DNA from: Lama guanicoe
Taxonomy: Eukaryota
Length of the DNA: 64,000 bases
Direction: 5' to 3'
Assembly: GCA_013239625.1 (NCBI GenBank)
Contig: MU053574.1
Coordinates: 309,844 to 373,843 of the forward strand
The notes beneath the pieces were generated by a model that saw only the letters and a program-made list of their open reading frames with translations, was not told the DNA's origin and made no database searches. The position numbers and the translations under genes were made by a program. Every line of letters begins with the position of its first letter. Within the stretch, counting starts at the first letter, position 1. This document shows positions 38,270 through 49,930 of this stretch, piece by piece.

Positions 38270-39075
38270 ACGCCCCCTCCACGGAAGCCCCCGCCCCGGG
38301 AGTGCTGGGGGCTGGGAGCTGTCCCGGAGTCGGGGGTGGAGAGCTGCGGCGGCAGGTGCCCCCTCGCGCATCTTTCCCTCCCAGATTCTGGTACCCGAGC
38401 CCTGAGCGCCGGCCCCGAGGCCCCACCCACTTTCAGCGCCGACGCTGCCGGGTCTCGCGCAGGGCAGCCTGCGGCTCCTCCCGGCCGACCCGGCGCCCGC
38501 TCTTCCCCGCAGGGTGTTCTTCCTGAACGTGCCGTTCGACTCCATCGCGGAGCGGCTGACCCTGAGAAGAACCGACCCCGTCACGGGAGAGAGGTTTGTG
38601 CCAGGCTCCCCGTGGGCGGGCCTAGGGCTGCAGGCGCCACGGCCCCCGGGAGCCCCGCTCCGTCCCGCCGCCCGGTGCCGGGGCGGGCTGCTCCAGGGAG
38701 GACGCGGGTGGCGACTGACAGAAGATTCCAGAAAGGGGGTTCGCCTGGCTCGCTCCTCTGCACTCTCTGTCCGCCGTCTTTTCCTGGGAGAGCAGCGAGG
38801 ACTTCAGCGCCCGGGGCTCGGCCGCCCCCGCGTGTGTGACACGGCCCCCCGGGCCTTCGCTGTCGCTGCCCCGCGTCCCAGAGGGGGTCGCTGAGCGGAC
38901 ACGCACCCCCGGATCCCCCCCGCAGTTACAGGGAGTAAATTCAGGGTTTGTTCTGCAGCCTGACCGAGTACTCTCACCGTGTTGGTGGTGAAGCACGATT
39001 TAAAGCCCCTGCCGAGGCGGGAGGCAGAGCGCGCGCCCAGCACGCAGGAGGTCCTGGCTTCGGTCCCCGGTGCCT
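38270..39075. promoter_or_regulatory. CpG island spanning the AK8 penultimate exon
   Basis: Visibly very GC- and CpG-rich over ~800 bp compared with flanks; obs/exp ratio not computed. Confidence 0.75.
38513..38593 (+). CDS. AK8: Adenylate kinase 8, penultimate coding exon (81 nt)
   Basis: Acceptor tcttccccgcag|G and donor GAGAG|gtttgt. Encodes (R)[26 protein letters not shown](R), matching the AK8 C-terminal kinase domain as I recall it (start of LID motif RRxDPVTGERYH). Phase joins the next exon (AG+G=Arg). Confidence 0.96.
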
Positions 39076-39225
39076 CCATTAAAGATAATAATAATTAATA
39101 AGCCTAATTACCCCTCCCCACCATCAAAAACAAAAAACAAATAAAAATTTTAAAAATGTGCAAAATCAATGAAGAGAACTCAAAAAATAAAAGATAAACC
39201 TTAAAAAATAAAAATTAAAAAAAAC
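39015..39225 (+). mobile_element. Vic-1-like SINE, GC-shifted copy
   Basis: ggcagagcgcgcgcccagcacgcaggaggtcctggcttcggtccccggtgcctccattaaag...gcctaattacccctcccc plus long A-rich tail. Confidence 0.8.
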
Positions 39226-39238
39226 AAAGTCCCTGCCG

Positions 39239-39322
39239 ATCCCCAGTACCTCCATTCAAAAATAAATAAATAAATAAACCCAATTCCCCCACAAAGAAAA
39301 TTAAAAATAAACAAAATAAAAC
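39239..39322 (+). mobile_element. 5'-truncated Vic-1-like SINE
   Basis: atccccagtacctccattcaaaaataaataaataaataaacccaattccccc plus A-tail. Confidence 0.8.
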
Positions 39323-39978
39323 AAAGTCCCTGCTATTGCAAAGAGGTAGAAGCTTCCCTCTTTCCCCGTGACCAGCGTCCTGTTTCTTGGTCACCAGGCC
39401 ACTTGTCTCAGCAGGACTCCGTGCAGGGAGGCGGCAGGACGGGGGTATCCGGATTTCCCTAAACTATAAGCTGACCCCTCGCCCCGCTGCTGGGGGACGC
39501 GCTGACCCACGTCAAGTGCGATGGCCTTCACAAGCCTGCCCAGGGCCTCTCCCACAGTGACCGCGGCACTCCTGTCATCTCGCTGCTCACAATCCGTGTT
39601 ATAACACCCCATCTCCCGTTTGACTGTAAACTCCACAAACCAGAGGCAGCGTCTGTCTTGCCTGCCATTGCCCTGTCAACAGACCTGGCAGGTGCTTCAT
39701 AACTATTGTTTGGAAGGAGGAAGGAAGGGAATGAAAGAAAGGCATTTGGCACTTAGTATATTACTACCTTCTGCCTCCCTCTCCCCTGGACGGGGACGCA
39801 CCTCTGGTCTCCCTGAGGCTCCCGGGGTCAGCCGAGGGCGTGCACACAGCTGGTGCTTCATAAATGTTTGATGGTGGTGGGAATGGGCACCAACTTGCTC
39901 GACGGTAGGACAGAGGGCCCGTTTCTCCCCTGCCCTCAGGGCTGGGCCCTGGGTCACCGGCTTCCTCTCCTCTTGTAG

Positions 39979-40216
39979 GTACCACCTCATGTACAAGCCA
40001 CCTCCAACCATGGAGATCCAGGCCCGCCTCCTGCAGAACCCAAAGGATGCTGATGAGCGGATCAAGCTCAGGATGGACCTGTTCTACAGGAACGCTGCGG
40101 ACCTGGAGCAGTTCTACCGGCAGGCCATCACCCTCAACGGGGACCAGGACCCCTACACGGTCTTCGAATACATAGAGAGTGGGATCATTAATCCCTTACC
40201 CAAGAAAGTCCCCTGA
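39979..40216 (+). CDS. AK8: Adenylate kinase 8, last coding exon
   Basis: Acceptor ctcctcttgtag|G. Encodes [78 protein letters not shown], the AK8 C-terminus. TGA at 40214-40216. Confidence 0.97.
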
Positions 40217-40293
40217 TGGGTCCAGAGCCAGGAGCACCCCCCAGGGAAACGAAGTTAACCCTCACCCCCACCTTCTGGAACCTCAGCCAAACC

Positions 40294-40299
40294 AATAAA
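40294..40299 (+). terminator. AK8: AK8 polyadenylation signal AATAAA
   Basis: AATAAA about 80 nt after the AK8 stop, implying a short 3' UTR. Confidence 0.85.
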
Positions 40300-40624
40300 G
40301 AGTGCAGTCTCATGTATTCTGAGAGATGAAGTAGCTGGAAGGTGGCCTTGTTTGGGGGCCTGGGGACACAGGACAGGCGAAGCCCAGGGAGGCAGTGAAG
40401 TGGAGCCCGGAGGAGCCAGATCAGACCTCAGATGAGTCACCGAACCCTCAGAGCCTCTGTCTTCACAACCAAAGTGCAGTAATGATGGTACCTGCCTCAC
40501 CAGGTTGCTTTGAGATTAAATGAAATGATGCAGGCAAGGCTCTCGGCACAGAGCCTGCCGCACGATACACTCTCAGTTAGCAGTTTTCCCAAAGCCACAA
40601 TCTGTAGAGCAGCCTTTTCCGGCA

Positions 40625-40812
40625 GAACTCTCTGGAATGATGGGCGTGCTCTCTGACTATCCAACATGGCAAGCACTAGCTGGAGGTGGCTGCTGAGCAT
40701 GGGGGACGTGGCTACTGCAAATGAGAAGAAAAAGGCATGTACTGTATTTTCACTGTTTTAAATGTAAGTAGCCACACATGGCCAGTGCAGCCGTGCAAGA
40801 CAGCGTAGTTTT
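40625..40812. mobile_element. MER3/MER33-like hAT fragment
   Basis: tatccaacatggcaagcactagc...gtggcta...aagtagccacacatggccagtg...gacagcgtag. Confidence 0.6.
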
Positions 40813-42459
40813 AGACATGTTTAGCTGTTTCTTAAGACTTGCTGGAACCCCTTAGAAGGCCTGCCTTCAGCTCCCACTAAAACAACCCCTCTGGGTCCTG
40901 CCGAGCCCACAGTGCCCAAGAGTGGACACTGGAGGGACAGGACGGTGGACAGTGATATCGAAGGCTGCCAGCTCTGATCCTCTTCCATGAGCCCCTCTCC
41001 CCATTTTTTTTTTACCTCGTTAGGAAGGTACTTGGGTGATTCCCTCCATGGACAGAGAGGACATTGGATCCACAGACAGTAAGTGACTGGCCTGAGGTCA
41101 CCCAGATCCATGGCTAGGCCTGAACCCAGTCTCTGGTGTTCTCTGCCTGTAGGGGACTCAGTGGGCCAGACTGGCCTGGGCCCGAGACTCGGGTTCTAGC
41201 CTCTGGGCTCTGGGCAGCTCTGGGGCTTCGGGCCTAATGACTAAAGCCCCTTCCAGCCTCGGGCACCCAGAGTCGCTCCAGCAAAGATCTGACCCTGGCA
41301 CCAGCCATAGTAGCCAGTGACCGTGCCAGCCGGCAGCTGGGGTGCACGGAGCCAGGCCTCTGGGCCTGCCCTCCTGTCTCTACCCCGGTCGTTGCAAGCT
41401 GAGCCCCGAGCCAGTCCAGCCAGACTTTCCAGGTGCTGGGTCCTCTCCAGAGGCAGCATCCTGGCCTCTGCACCTTCCCCTGCCTAGCGGCTCAGCCCCT
41501 GACTCTCTCTCCTCGTGCTGCACAGGCACTGGGTACCACTGCCCAGAATTCCATCAGGGCCTTGCCTGCCTAGGCCCCACTTCTTTCCAAAGCCCCGGAA
41601 AAGGGTGTCTACCTGGAAAGTCCCCTGACAACAGGCTCCTGCCCATTAAGCCTCCCCAGGCACTCGGAGGCCCCGGAGAAGCCCCAGGTGCAGCCCACGC
41701 GGCCAGGTCACACGTGCTGCATGCTGTGATGGAGCGGCACACTGGTACCCAGCACCCCCAGATTGGAGGAGACAGAAAACCAGGAAGGTGGCCAGCACCA
41801 GCCTGGCCTGGGATCACTTCCTTTTCTCTGTCTGCCCCCTTCCCCCTCACTTGTCATTCTGGTTACCAGAGGATAGAGTCTCACTTTTCTCTAAATGAAA
41901 CACCATTTGGATATAGATCCTTAGCCAAGGACATCATAAAACACTCATTTATTTAGTTGACAGAGTGATGCTTGCTTTGTGGATGACCTCCTCTCTGGGG
42001 CTGCCCAAACAGTTAGCCCTCCTCTTCCGCTAGCTGCCCCGCCCCACCCCGCCCCGCCCTGCAGAGCAGCTGAACCCACTCTGTGAGGCAGGTGCTGTCT
42101 CCATGCAAAGCCTGGGCCGTGGAACTGAGCAGCCTGTGTCCCCATGCTGCTGTGTGACCTCGGGCAAGTTACTTCACCTCTCTGGATCCTTGTAAAATGA
42201 GAACGAGTAGTCACTGCCTCCTAGGCAGTGCCAAGCATGCATTGTGGGATGAGGGATTATTACATCTACCAAGGCTGAAAGTAGGGCACGTCGCACACGC
42301 TCCGTAAACGGAGTCCTAATCAGTCTCATTGTCACAGCTCCCCTTGAGGTCAGCGCTGTTTTTATCCCTAGATGAGGAAATTGGGGCTCGGAGGAGTTGA
42401 ATAACTTGTGGAAGGCTGCACGTGGTAAGTGGCGGCAGGGGTTCAGGACCCAAGTCACA

Positions 42460-43200
42460 CCCGCTGGTCCCAGAACTCGACGTGATGTTGGGCGCAGGCA
42501 CCTGCTTTTCCTGCCGTCGCTGTCGGAGCTGCCAGGGGCATCCCGGCGTGCAGGGCCCCTGCCTCCCCCCGCCCCCGCCCCCGGGAGCTCCACGCAAACA
42601 AATGTCGCCAGCGCTCGTCCCGCCGCTTCCCGAAGCCCCTGGCATCCTGGATTCCCACGCAGGGCCTCGGTGGGGCTGCGGCGCCGCGGTCGACGCGGGG
42701 ACGGCGCAGGCTTCATTGAGATGCGCTCGGCGCGCGTTCCGGGCGCGCCCCTCGGGTGTGCGGCGGCCCGGGGCGCGCCGTCGGGGCTGGCCCAACACGC
42801 TCCTGCTCGTGTAGCTCGCTCCCCGCCCCGCCCGGAAGCGCCGAGCAAATGGCCCGCGTCTCACCCCTGCGACGCGCAGCCCCTCCCGCCGCTCGGCTTA
42901 GCAGAAGGGGCTCGGAGCCTCGGGGACGAGTTCGGCTCTTCTGATTGGAGCCCGCAGCTCCAGCCTTGTCGCCGAAGTGGGAGGCCCGGCTGGAGTATAT
43001 CAGCATCCGGTTCCCGCCGCAGGGACGCCGTCTGGGGGCTTCCTGGCCCCGGAGAGGCACAGTCCTGCGGCTGGAGGGCAAATGCCCTGTTAATTTCCAG
43101 ATCGGCAGCGGCGCTTGAAGTTAACCGCTGAGGTCTGATTAACGCAACAGTCGCTTCCGACTTTGTCGTCGTGAAATTAGCTCCCTCGTTCACTTCCAGC
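42460..43200. promoter_or_regulatory. Intergenic CpG island
   Basis: Dense CpG, GC boxes (ccccgccc), CCGGAAG and an inverted CCAAT (ctgattgg); no coding exon recognised. Confidence 0.75.
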
Positions 43201-44204
43201 CTCTTTCAGCACGTTGTCACCACGAACTCGCCCCTCCGACTTCTCCCATCCCTTCACCGCGGCTCACGCCTGTGTTTGTACGGTCCCTGCCCTACTCCGC
43301 TGGCAGCAGGAACTCCAGGCGGCCCAGAGGCTCCTTTGGGGTGTCTGCCCGCCCCCAGCCGCAGCCTCCGCAGGTGCTCCTGCTGTGGGACCTGCCTCTG
43401 GCTGCCGCTGGTGAGACCAGCGTTACACCTGTGCTTACTCTGAGCTGGCCAATCAGCTTCTCTCTCCCAGGAATTCGGAAAGAGAACCAAGGGCAGCTGG
43501 TCCCTCTTTGCTCGCGGCCCGCAGGAAGGCGAGGACGGGGGTCAGGCTGGCCCGTGCGCAGCGCAGCTCATCGGCAGGAGCCGAGAGTGAAGCCGACTCG
43601 CGCCCACCCCATTCATTCAACAGGTATTTACCGAGTGCCCACTATGTGCCCAGCGCTGGGGACATAGCTGAGAAAAAAGACAGGAATCTCTGCCCGTGTG
43701 AGGCTTACATTTTACGAAGATGATAGAGATGAGAGAGACTCCCTCATTTCTGATGGTTCCTGAGACCCGCCTCTGCCCTTGGGTCCCATGAAACGGCCCT
43801 GCATCCTCCCAGCCAGCTCCCCTTCCTTGCCTAGGGGGTCAGACAAGGTTCCTGGGCCCAGTGTGTGGTTAGGACTAGCCTGGGGGTGTGCCCAGGGCCA
43901 TGGGAGCAGGAGGAAGGGAATTTAAATGAGGCCAGGACTCAGAGGAGGGCCCCTCAGGGAGGTGGAGGTGGCCGGGGAGCTGACTTCTGAGGCACAGGAG
44001 AGTTCAGAGGCATGAGAAGGTGATGTATTCATTGATTGTGGAACATACTTCCCTCTTAAAAAAGAAATATAAGTATTTTTATTACTAAAACGTTACTTAC
44101 AAAAAACTCAAGCAATGCATCAGAAGTGAAATTCCTGTGCTCGCCCCAAGAAAACCCTTAACTGTCATTCATTAGAGATAACCAGGGTTAGAAGTCTGGA
44201 GTGA

Positions 44205-44262
44205 GTGGATGGATGGATGGATGGACAGAAGGATGAACAGACAGGTGGATAGATGGATGGGT
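44205..44262. repeat. Degenerate (GGAT)n microsatellite
   Basis: gtggatggatggatggatggacagaaggatg...gatggatggg. Confidence 0.85.
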
Positions 44263-45169
44263 ATGAATACACCAATGGGACTGTATTGTATATAACCTTT
44301 TTTAAAAAAATTGTGGTCAGGTCACATGAGATCTATCCTCTTAATAATACAGGATTAACTCTAAGCTCATTGCTCAGCACCTGAACTCTAGAATTCATCC
44401 ACCTCACACAACGAAAACTCTATCCCTGGTGAACAGCAACCATCCACTTCCCCCTCCCCCAGCGCCTGGCATCCACCATTCTACTCTCTGCTTCTATGAA
44501 TTTGACTATTTCAGATCCCAAGTATAAGTGATATCATGCAGCATTTGTCCCCTGTGACTGGTTTATTTCATTTAGCATAATGTCCTCAAAAGTTCATAGG
44601 TGGTCACAAAAGGCATCTTTCTTTAGCAAAACGATTTCCTGATTTTTTTTTCCACCAGCAATCCAAGGACATCAAATAAGCGACTGCCCTCCCCCAACCT
44701 GGTCATGCCTTCCCAGGGCAAGAGGGCTGAGTTCAGGTTTCACAGCCATCACTTCTGCTTAACTGCACACTGGCTTTTAGTGTTGCCCACATGGGGAAAT
44801 CCAATTTTTTCCCTCAAGCTATTTCCTTTGCAAATTTTTTCCACCTGGTCCTGGACCCGGAGGCCAGAATGATGACACTGACATCAAACTTACACTTAAC
44901 TCGCTAGTGGAGCGCCAACACAGCTATTCCCAGAAACAGCAGGCGCCTCCAGCCACCTCAGGTGCAGAAGAACCAACCGGACCCGTTCACAGGCCGGGTG
45001 GGAGGTGCCCTGCATCGAACCTGCCGCCTCGGATTCATGGGGGTGGGGTTTGTCCTGGAGACATGAATCTCATCCTTGATGACGTCTTACAGGCTCTACG
45101 AAGCCTCGAGAGATTGGAGTATAATGGGGGGAGATGCCTGGAAATGAATTATCTAGCTGTATCGACTGT

Positions 45170-45820
45170 ATTGGGATGTAATTTCCGTATCGTGGAATTC
45201 AGCCACTTAAAGTGTGACTTACTGGCTTTTAATATATTCACACAGTCGTGCAGCCATTCTTACTAATTTTAGAACGTTTTATTACCCCCCCCCAAGAAAC
45301 CCTGTACCTATTAGCAGTCCCTCCCCGGCCCCGACGTCTGGCTGTTAGCAGCCTCTCAGCTCCTGCCTGTCTCTGTGGATTCGCCTGCGCTGGTCATCTC
45401 GTATCACTGGAACCACACGCTGTGTGGCCTCCTGTGTCTCTTCCACGTAGTGTAATGTTGTCAGGTCTGTCCACGTCGCAGGAGGCGTCAGTACTTCATT
45501 CCTTTTTATTGAGGAATAATATTCAATTGTACGGATGTCTTACAGGTTTGTTTATCTGTTCACCAGCTGCTGGGCGGTTTTGAGTTGTTTTCACTCTTTG
45601 ACTGTTACGGGAAACACTGCTATGAACACTTGTGAGCCAGTTTTTGTGTGGACATATGCTTTAATTTCTTTGGGTATATACGTAGGAGTGGAATTGCTGG
45701 GTCACCTGGTAACTCTGTGTTTAACCTTTTGAAGACCTGCTGGATCATTTTCTAAAGTGTCTACACCATTTACATCTCCATCAGCAGTATATGAAGGCTC
45801 CAACTTCTCTATATTCTTTC
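45170..45820 (-). mobile_element. Old L1MB-type 3' region
   Basis: tacttcattcctttttattgaggaataatattc...gtggaattgctgggtca...ttacatctccatcagcagtatatgaaggctcc. Confidence 0.8.
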
Positions 45821-45829
45821 TAAATTTTT

Positions 45830-46322
45830 AAAAATTATTTTTATTTTCTATTTTTATTTTTAAACAGAAGTATAGTCAGTTTACAGTGTGTCCGTTTCTG
45901 GTGTACAGCATAATGTTTCAGCCATACATATACATACATATATTCCTTTTCACATTCCTTTTCATTATAGATTATAAGATATTGAATATAGTTCCCTGTG
46001 CTATACAGTATAAACTTGTTGTTTATCTATTTTATATACAATAGTTAGTATCCGCAAATCTTGAATTCCCAATTTATCCCTCCCCATCACCTTTTCCCCC
46101 CTGCTGACCATAAGTTTGTTCTCTATGTCTGTGAGTCCGTTTCTGTTTTGTAAGTTCATTTGTGTCATTTTTTTTTTAGATTCCACATATAAGCGATACC
46201 ATATGATATTTTTCTTCTCTGTCTGACTTACTTCACTTAGGACTGTGATCTCCAGGTCCATCCCTGTTGCTGCAAATGGCATTATTTGATTCTGTTTATG
46301 ACTGAGTAGTATTCCATTGTAT
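45830..46322 (-). mobile_element. L1 3' end (camelid type)
   Basis: T-rich tail, then agaagtatagtcagtttacag...ggtgtacagcataatgtttcag...gttgctgcaaatggcatta. Confidence 0.9.
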
Positions 46323-48269
46323 CCCCAGGAGACAAAGCAGAGTCCCCACAGAGAGAGAAAGAACCGTGGGGCAGGGTGGGTGGAGATTAGCAATGCATTT
46401 AATTAATTAAACAGGATTACTGTCCGGAATATGCAAAGAAGTCCTCAATATTATCAGGATACAAGCAACCATGTAGAAAAATGGAAACAGACACGAGCAG
46501 ACATTTAACAGAAGAAAACAGGAGCGATCAATTAGCCACAGTACATGAAAAACGGAAAACCTCGCTAGCAATCAAAGAAATGCAAATTAGGGTCACAGTG
46601 AAAGCTGCCAGCACACTCACCGCCAGCATTTAACAGGACTGATGGACGATACAGAGCGTTGGAGAGAACAGAGAGAAACTGGGACTCTCCCGCAGTGCTG
46701 GTGGGAGGGGACATTGGTTTAACCATTCAGGAAACCGCAAGGCAATTATCTACTGATGCTTCACGTGCCTGACCCGCAATTCTGAGTATCACCAAGAGAA
46801 GGGAGTGCCTGTGTATACAAACATGTTCATGGCAGTTCTGTTCCTAATAGCCTCACATCGGAAACAACACGTGTCCGTCAATCATGGCATAGTCCTATAA
46901 TTAAACGTGCCATGACAATGAAAAAGACTCCTGATAAATGCCCCTGTGGGGGTGAGTCTCACAGCCAGACCCAGAGGACTGACTGCTGTCTGATTCCATC
47001 TAGACGAAGTTCAAGGACAGATAAAACAAATCACTGTTAATAGACAATCAGAAATAATTAAGTCACCTCTGAGAGGACCATTGCCTGAGGAGGGGCACAA
47101 GGAGCCTTCCGTGGGATGTGAATCTTCTCTGTCAGTCTGGGTAGTGGTTACGCTGAAATCTTAAGCCATGGAACTAATTGTATGTGGTATATGTTAACTT
47201 GAAAGCTGAGATAGGCTTTAACATCTTGCATCTGAGATAGGCTTTAACAGCATCACACATCTGTGACTGAAGAGAAAACTTTAAAAAAGGCATTAAGTGG
47301 GCATGTTACAGAAGGAAACATGAATTAAATATGGGGGGAAACCTCAAACTTTTTAGTAACCAGGGAAATGCACACTGGGAGAGTGTTACACGCACCTAGC
47401 CTGGCAGTGACTGAACAATCTGGCAGCTCCTTACGTTGAGGGAACGGGGAGCAACGGAACGCACACAGACTATTGATGGGGGTGAGAAGGTCTAGCGCTT
47501 TGGAAATGGGGTTGGGGGGGCAGGGGTCACCTGGGAGAGGGAGGCAGCGGCGCCTGCGCTCAGGCAGCAGTGAGAGGCTGCAGGCGAGTTAACAGGGGCA
47601 TCAGCATCACCTGAGGAGCTTGTGCAACGTGGAGAGTTTAAGAGCCGCCCTCCCGCCACCCCGCAGGCTCTTGCCTTCTTGTGTGCAGCCAGGCTAGGGC
47701 ACTGCTTTGAAAACAGTTTCGCGATCAGGTCCCTGTATCTTGCTACCAACCTGAGGATGAAGCTGAAATGCAAAGGAGAGCAGAGCCAAGAGAATCAGAG
47801 AATCAGGGATTCGGACCTGGGGGCCTGGATTGAGTCACCCGCCCCACTTGGGCCTCCCGCTGGATGCTCCAGGAGACTCTTGGAGGCGCCTGTCTTGAAA
47901 GATCCCCCACACTTCCAACACTGGTTCGTGTCCCCACTGGGAGTCCTAGGCAGGGGCCCCAGGGTGGCAGATGGCATGGTTTGTTGTCAAAGAATCACAG
48001 CCAGAGGACAGTTCCCCCAACATGGTCAATGCCTCCCTTTTACCCCCGACTTCTTTTGCTTGTTTTAGGGAGAAAATAGTGAAGGGAGGGAAGGGCACAG
48101 AACCTGAAAATCGGAGTACAGCCAGTTGTAGCACTAGCCGTGGTGCTGGGCTGGCTGCCCTCCCGGCGAGGACGGCGTCCTCCCACAACTGCAGGGAGAG
48201 GACCTTGGGGTTCTGTGCTTCTCCCTTCCTTTTGAAAACTAATCATGTTTGAGGAGCATGGTTTATGGG

Positions 48270-48371
48270 GTGAATCTCTGTGCCTGTTTCCATGGGACTG
48301 AAGGAGTTCCCAGATTTTCAGTTTAAAAGCTGGGCCAGTCTTGGGCAAATTGGGACCAGTTGGTCACCCTA
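48270..48371. mobile_element. MER81/MER94-like hAT-Blackjack MITE fragment
   Basis: Ends in gggcaaattgggaccagttggtcacccta, the Blackjack terminal inverted repeat. Confidence 0.65.
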
Positions 48372-48479
48372 CCAGGCTGGTCAAATCTGGGAACCACAAG
48401 CCAGCTGCTTTCAGGGTTGGAGACACTTAGGAAAGCTAGGGTCCTCTATAGTCACGGTCATAGCTGCTGAGTGAGAGGA

Positions 48480-48663
48480 GGAGGGGGACATGGAGGGAGG
48501 GAAGAGGGGACCAAGTCCCCCAGATCCAGGAAACCCCTTCCTTCAGCAGTGTCCCTCCAGCGCCCTCTATTGACAAAGCTTAACATAGTGCTCATTGCAA
48601 AGGGACAGCAGGCACTTAAGGGTGAGTTTGGAGCTGAGCATTAAAAAACCAGTAAGTGGCACG
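48480..48663. mobile_element. ERVL LTR fragment (LTR33/LTR41-like)
   Basis: ccctccagcgccctctattgacaaagcttaacatagtgc...tttggagctgag...tggcac; family assignment from memory. Confidence 0.55.
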
Positions 48664-49439
48664 TGTGTATCATTGATTTGTTCCTTTTTATTGCTGAGTA
48701 ATATTCCTTTGCATGGTTAGTCTACGTTTTGCTTATATATTTTACTTCTTGATGGACATTTGAGTTGTTTCTAGACCTTGGAGTATTATGAACAAAACTG
48801 CCATATGTATTTCTAGAGGTTACTTTTTAGGATTCTCTTTGTATCCAGATACCTTGCTAATCTCACTTAATTCTGATAAGTTTATCAGTGGGTTCTTTTA
48901 TGCTTTTTTCATGCCCAATCATACTGAATGAGGATGTGATTTCTATTTTTTCCAGTCTTTATACCTTTCTCGTCTTATTGCAATGGCCAAGAACTGCAGT
49001 GCAGTGTCGAACAGAAGTGCTGACAGCAAGTCTCTTTTTTCTTGTTCCTGATCTCAGTAGAAAAGTTTTCAATATTTTACCATTAAGTATGAAATTTGTT
49101 GTAAGATTTTTTTAGATACACTTACTAAATTAGGAAGTTAATTGCACTTATTCCAAGATTGCTAAAGTTGGTCCTTTTAAAAATTGTTGAAATTTATCAA
49201 TCTTTTTTCAGCTTTTGAAATGATCACACAATTTCTCTGTCTTATCCATTTACTGTGGTGAATCACATTGATTATTTTTTCCAGGTTCATTCCTAAAGTA
49301 AACCACTTCGGTTGTGATGTAGTAAAAAAAAATTTTTTTTTACTATCTATTAAATGCATTTATTCAAATATATAATGAATTCCTTTTGAAAACATTTTGT
49401 TTAGGCTTTTTGCACCTGTGTTTGTCAGTAAGCTTGGCT

Positions 49440-49930
49440 TTGTCTTACTGGGGTTCCTACCAAAGCAGACCCCGAGACAGGAGGGGCCTGGGGTACTGGG
49501 AGGTGACCCCAAGCAGCACATGTTTGGGAATGGGGATGTGTGACAGGAGAGGGAGAAAAGCCAGTAAGTCTAGGTTAGCGGGCGGGATACTGCTGTGGGC
49601 AAGTGGGGGTGCCATCCCACTGCGGGTCCTCTGAGCAGCTCTGTGGAACACCCCTCAGACTCATGCCTCCTGGAGAAGGGCATTTATTTTTATCTTATTT
49701 CTCATTCCCCATTGCTTTAGAGTTGCCTCAAGGGGAGTTGACTCCCCAACGCTACTGCTGTCTGCAACCAAGCAAGTTCCTGGGGTGCCAAAGCCCTCAG
49801 GCAGAGAAAAGAGACACCGATGCTCAGGCTGAGACGTGGTCAGGTGCTGGAACCTGTTTACTGCGTGTAATAGTGGGTCGGCGAAGCCAAGGGCATTCAG
49901 TGAGTGACAGGCAGCAAGCTTCTGCTACAG
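49440..49930 (-). mobile_element. LTR16-like ERVL LTR
   Basis: tgtcttactggggttcctaccaaagcagaccccgagacagg...tctgctaca. Confidence 0.6.

Noticed and set aside
42174..43131. 224-244-aa ORFs on both strands
   Set aside because: Stop-poor CpG island plus MIR sequence; low-complexity Arg/Pro/Gly/Ala translation.
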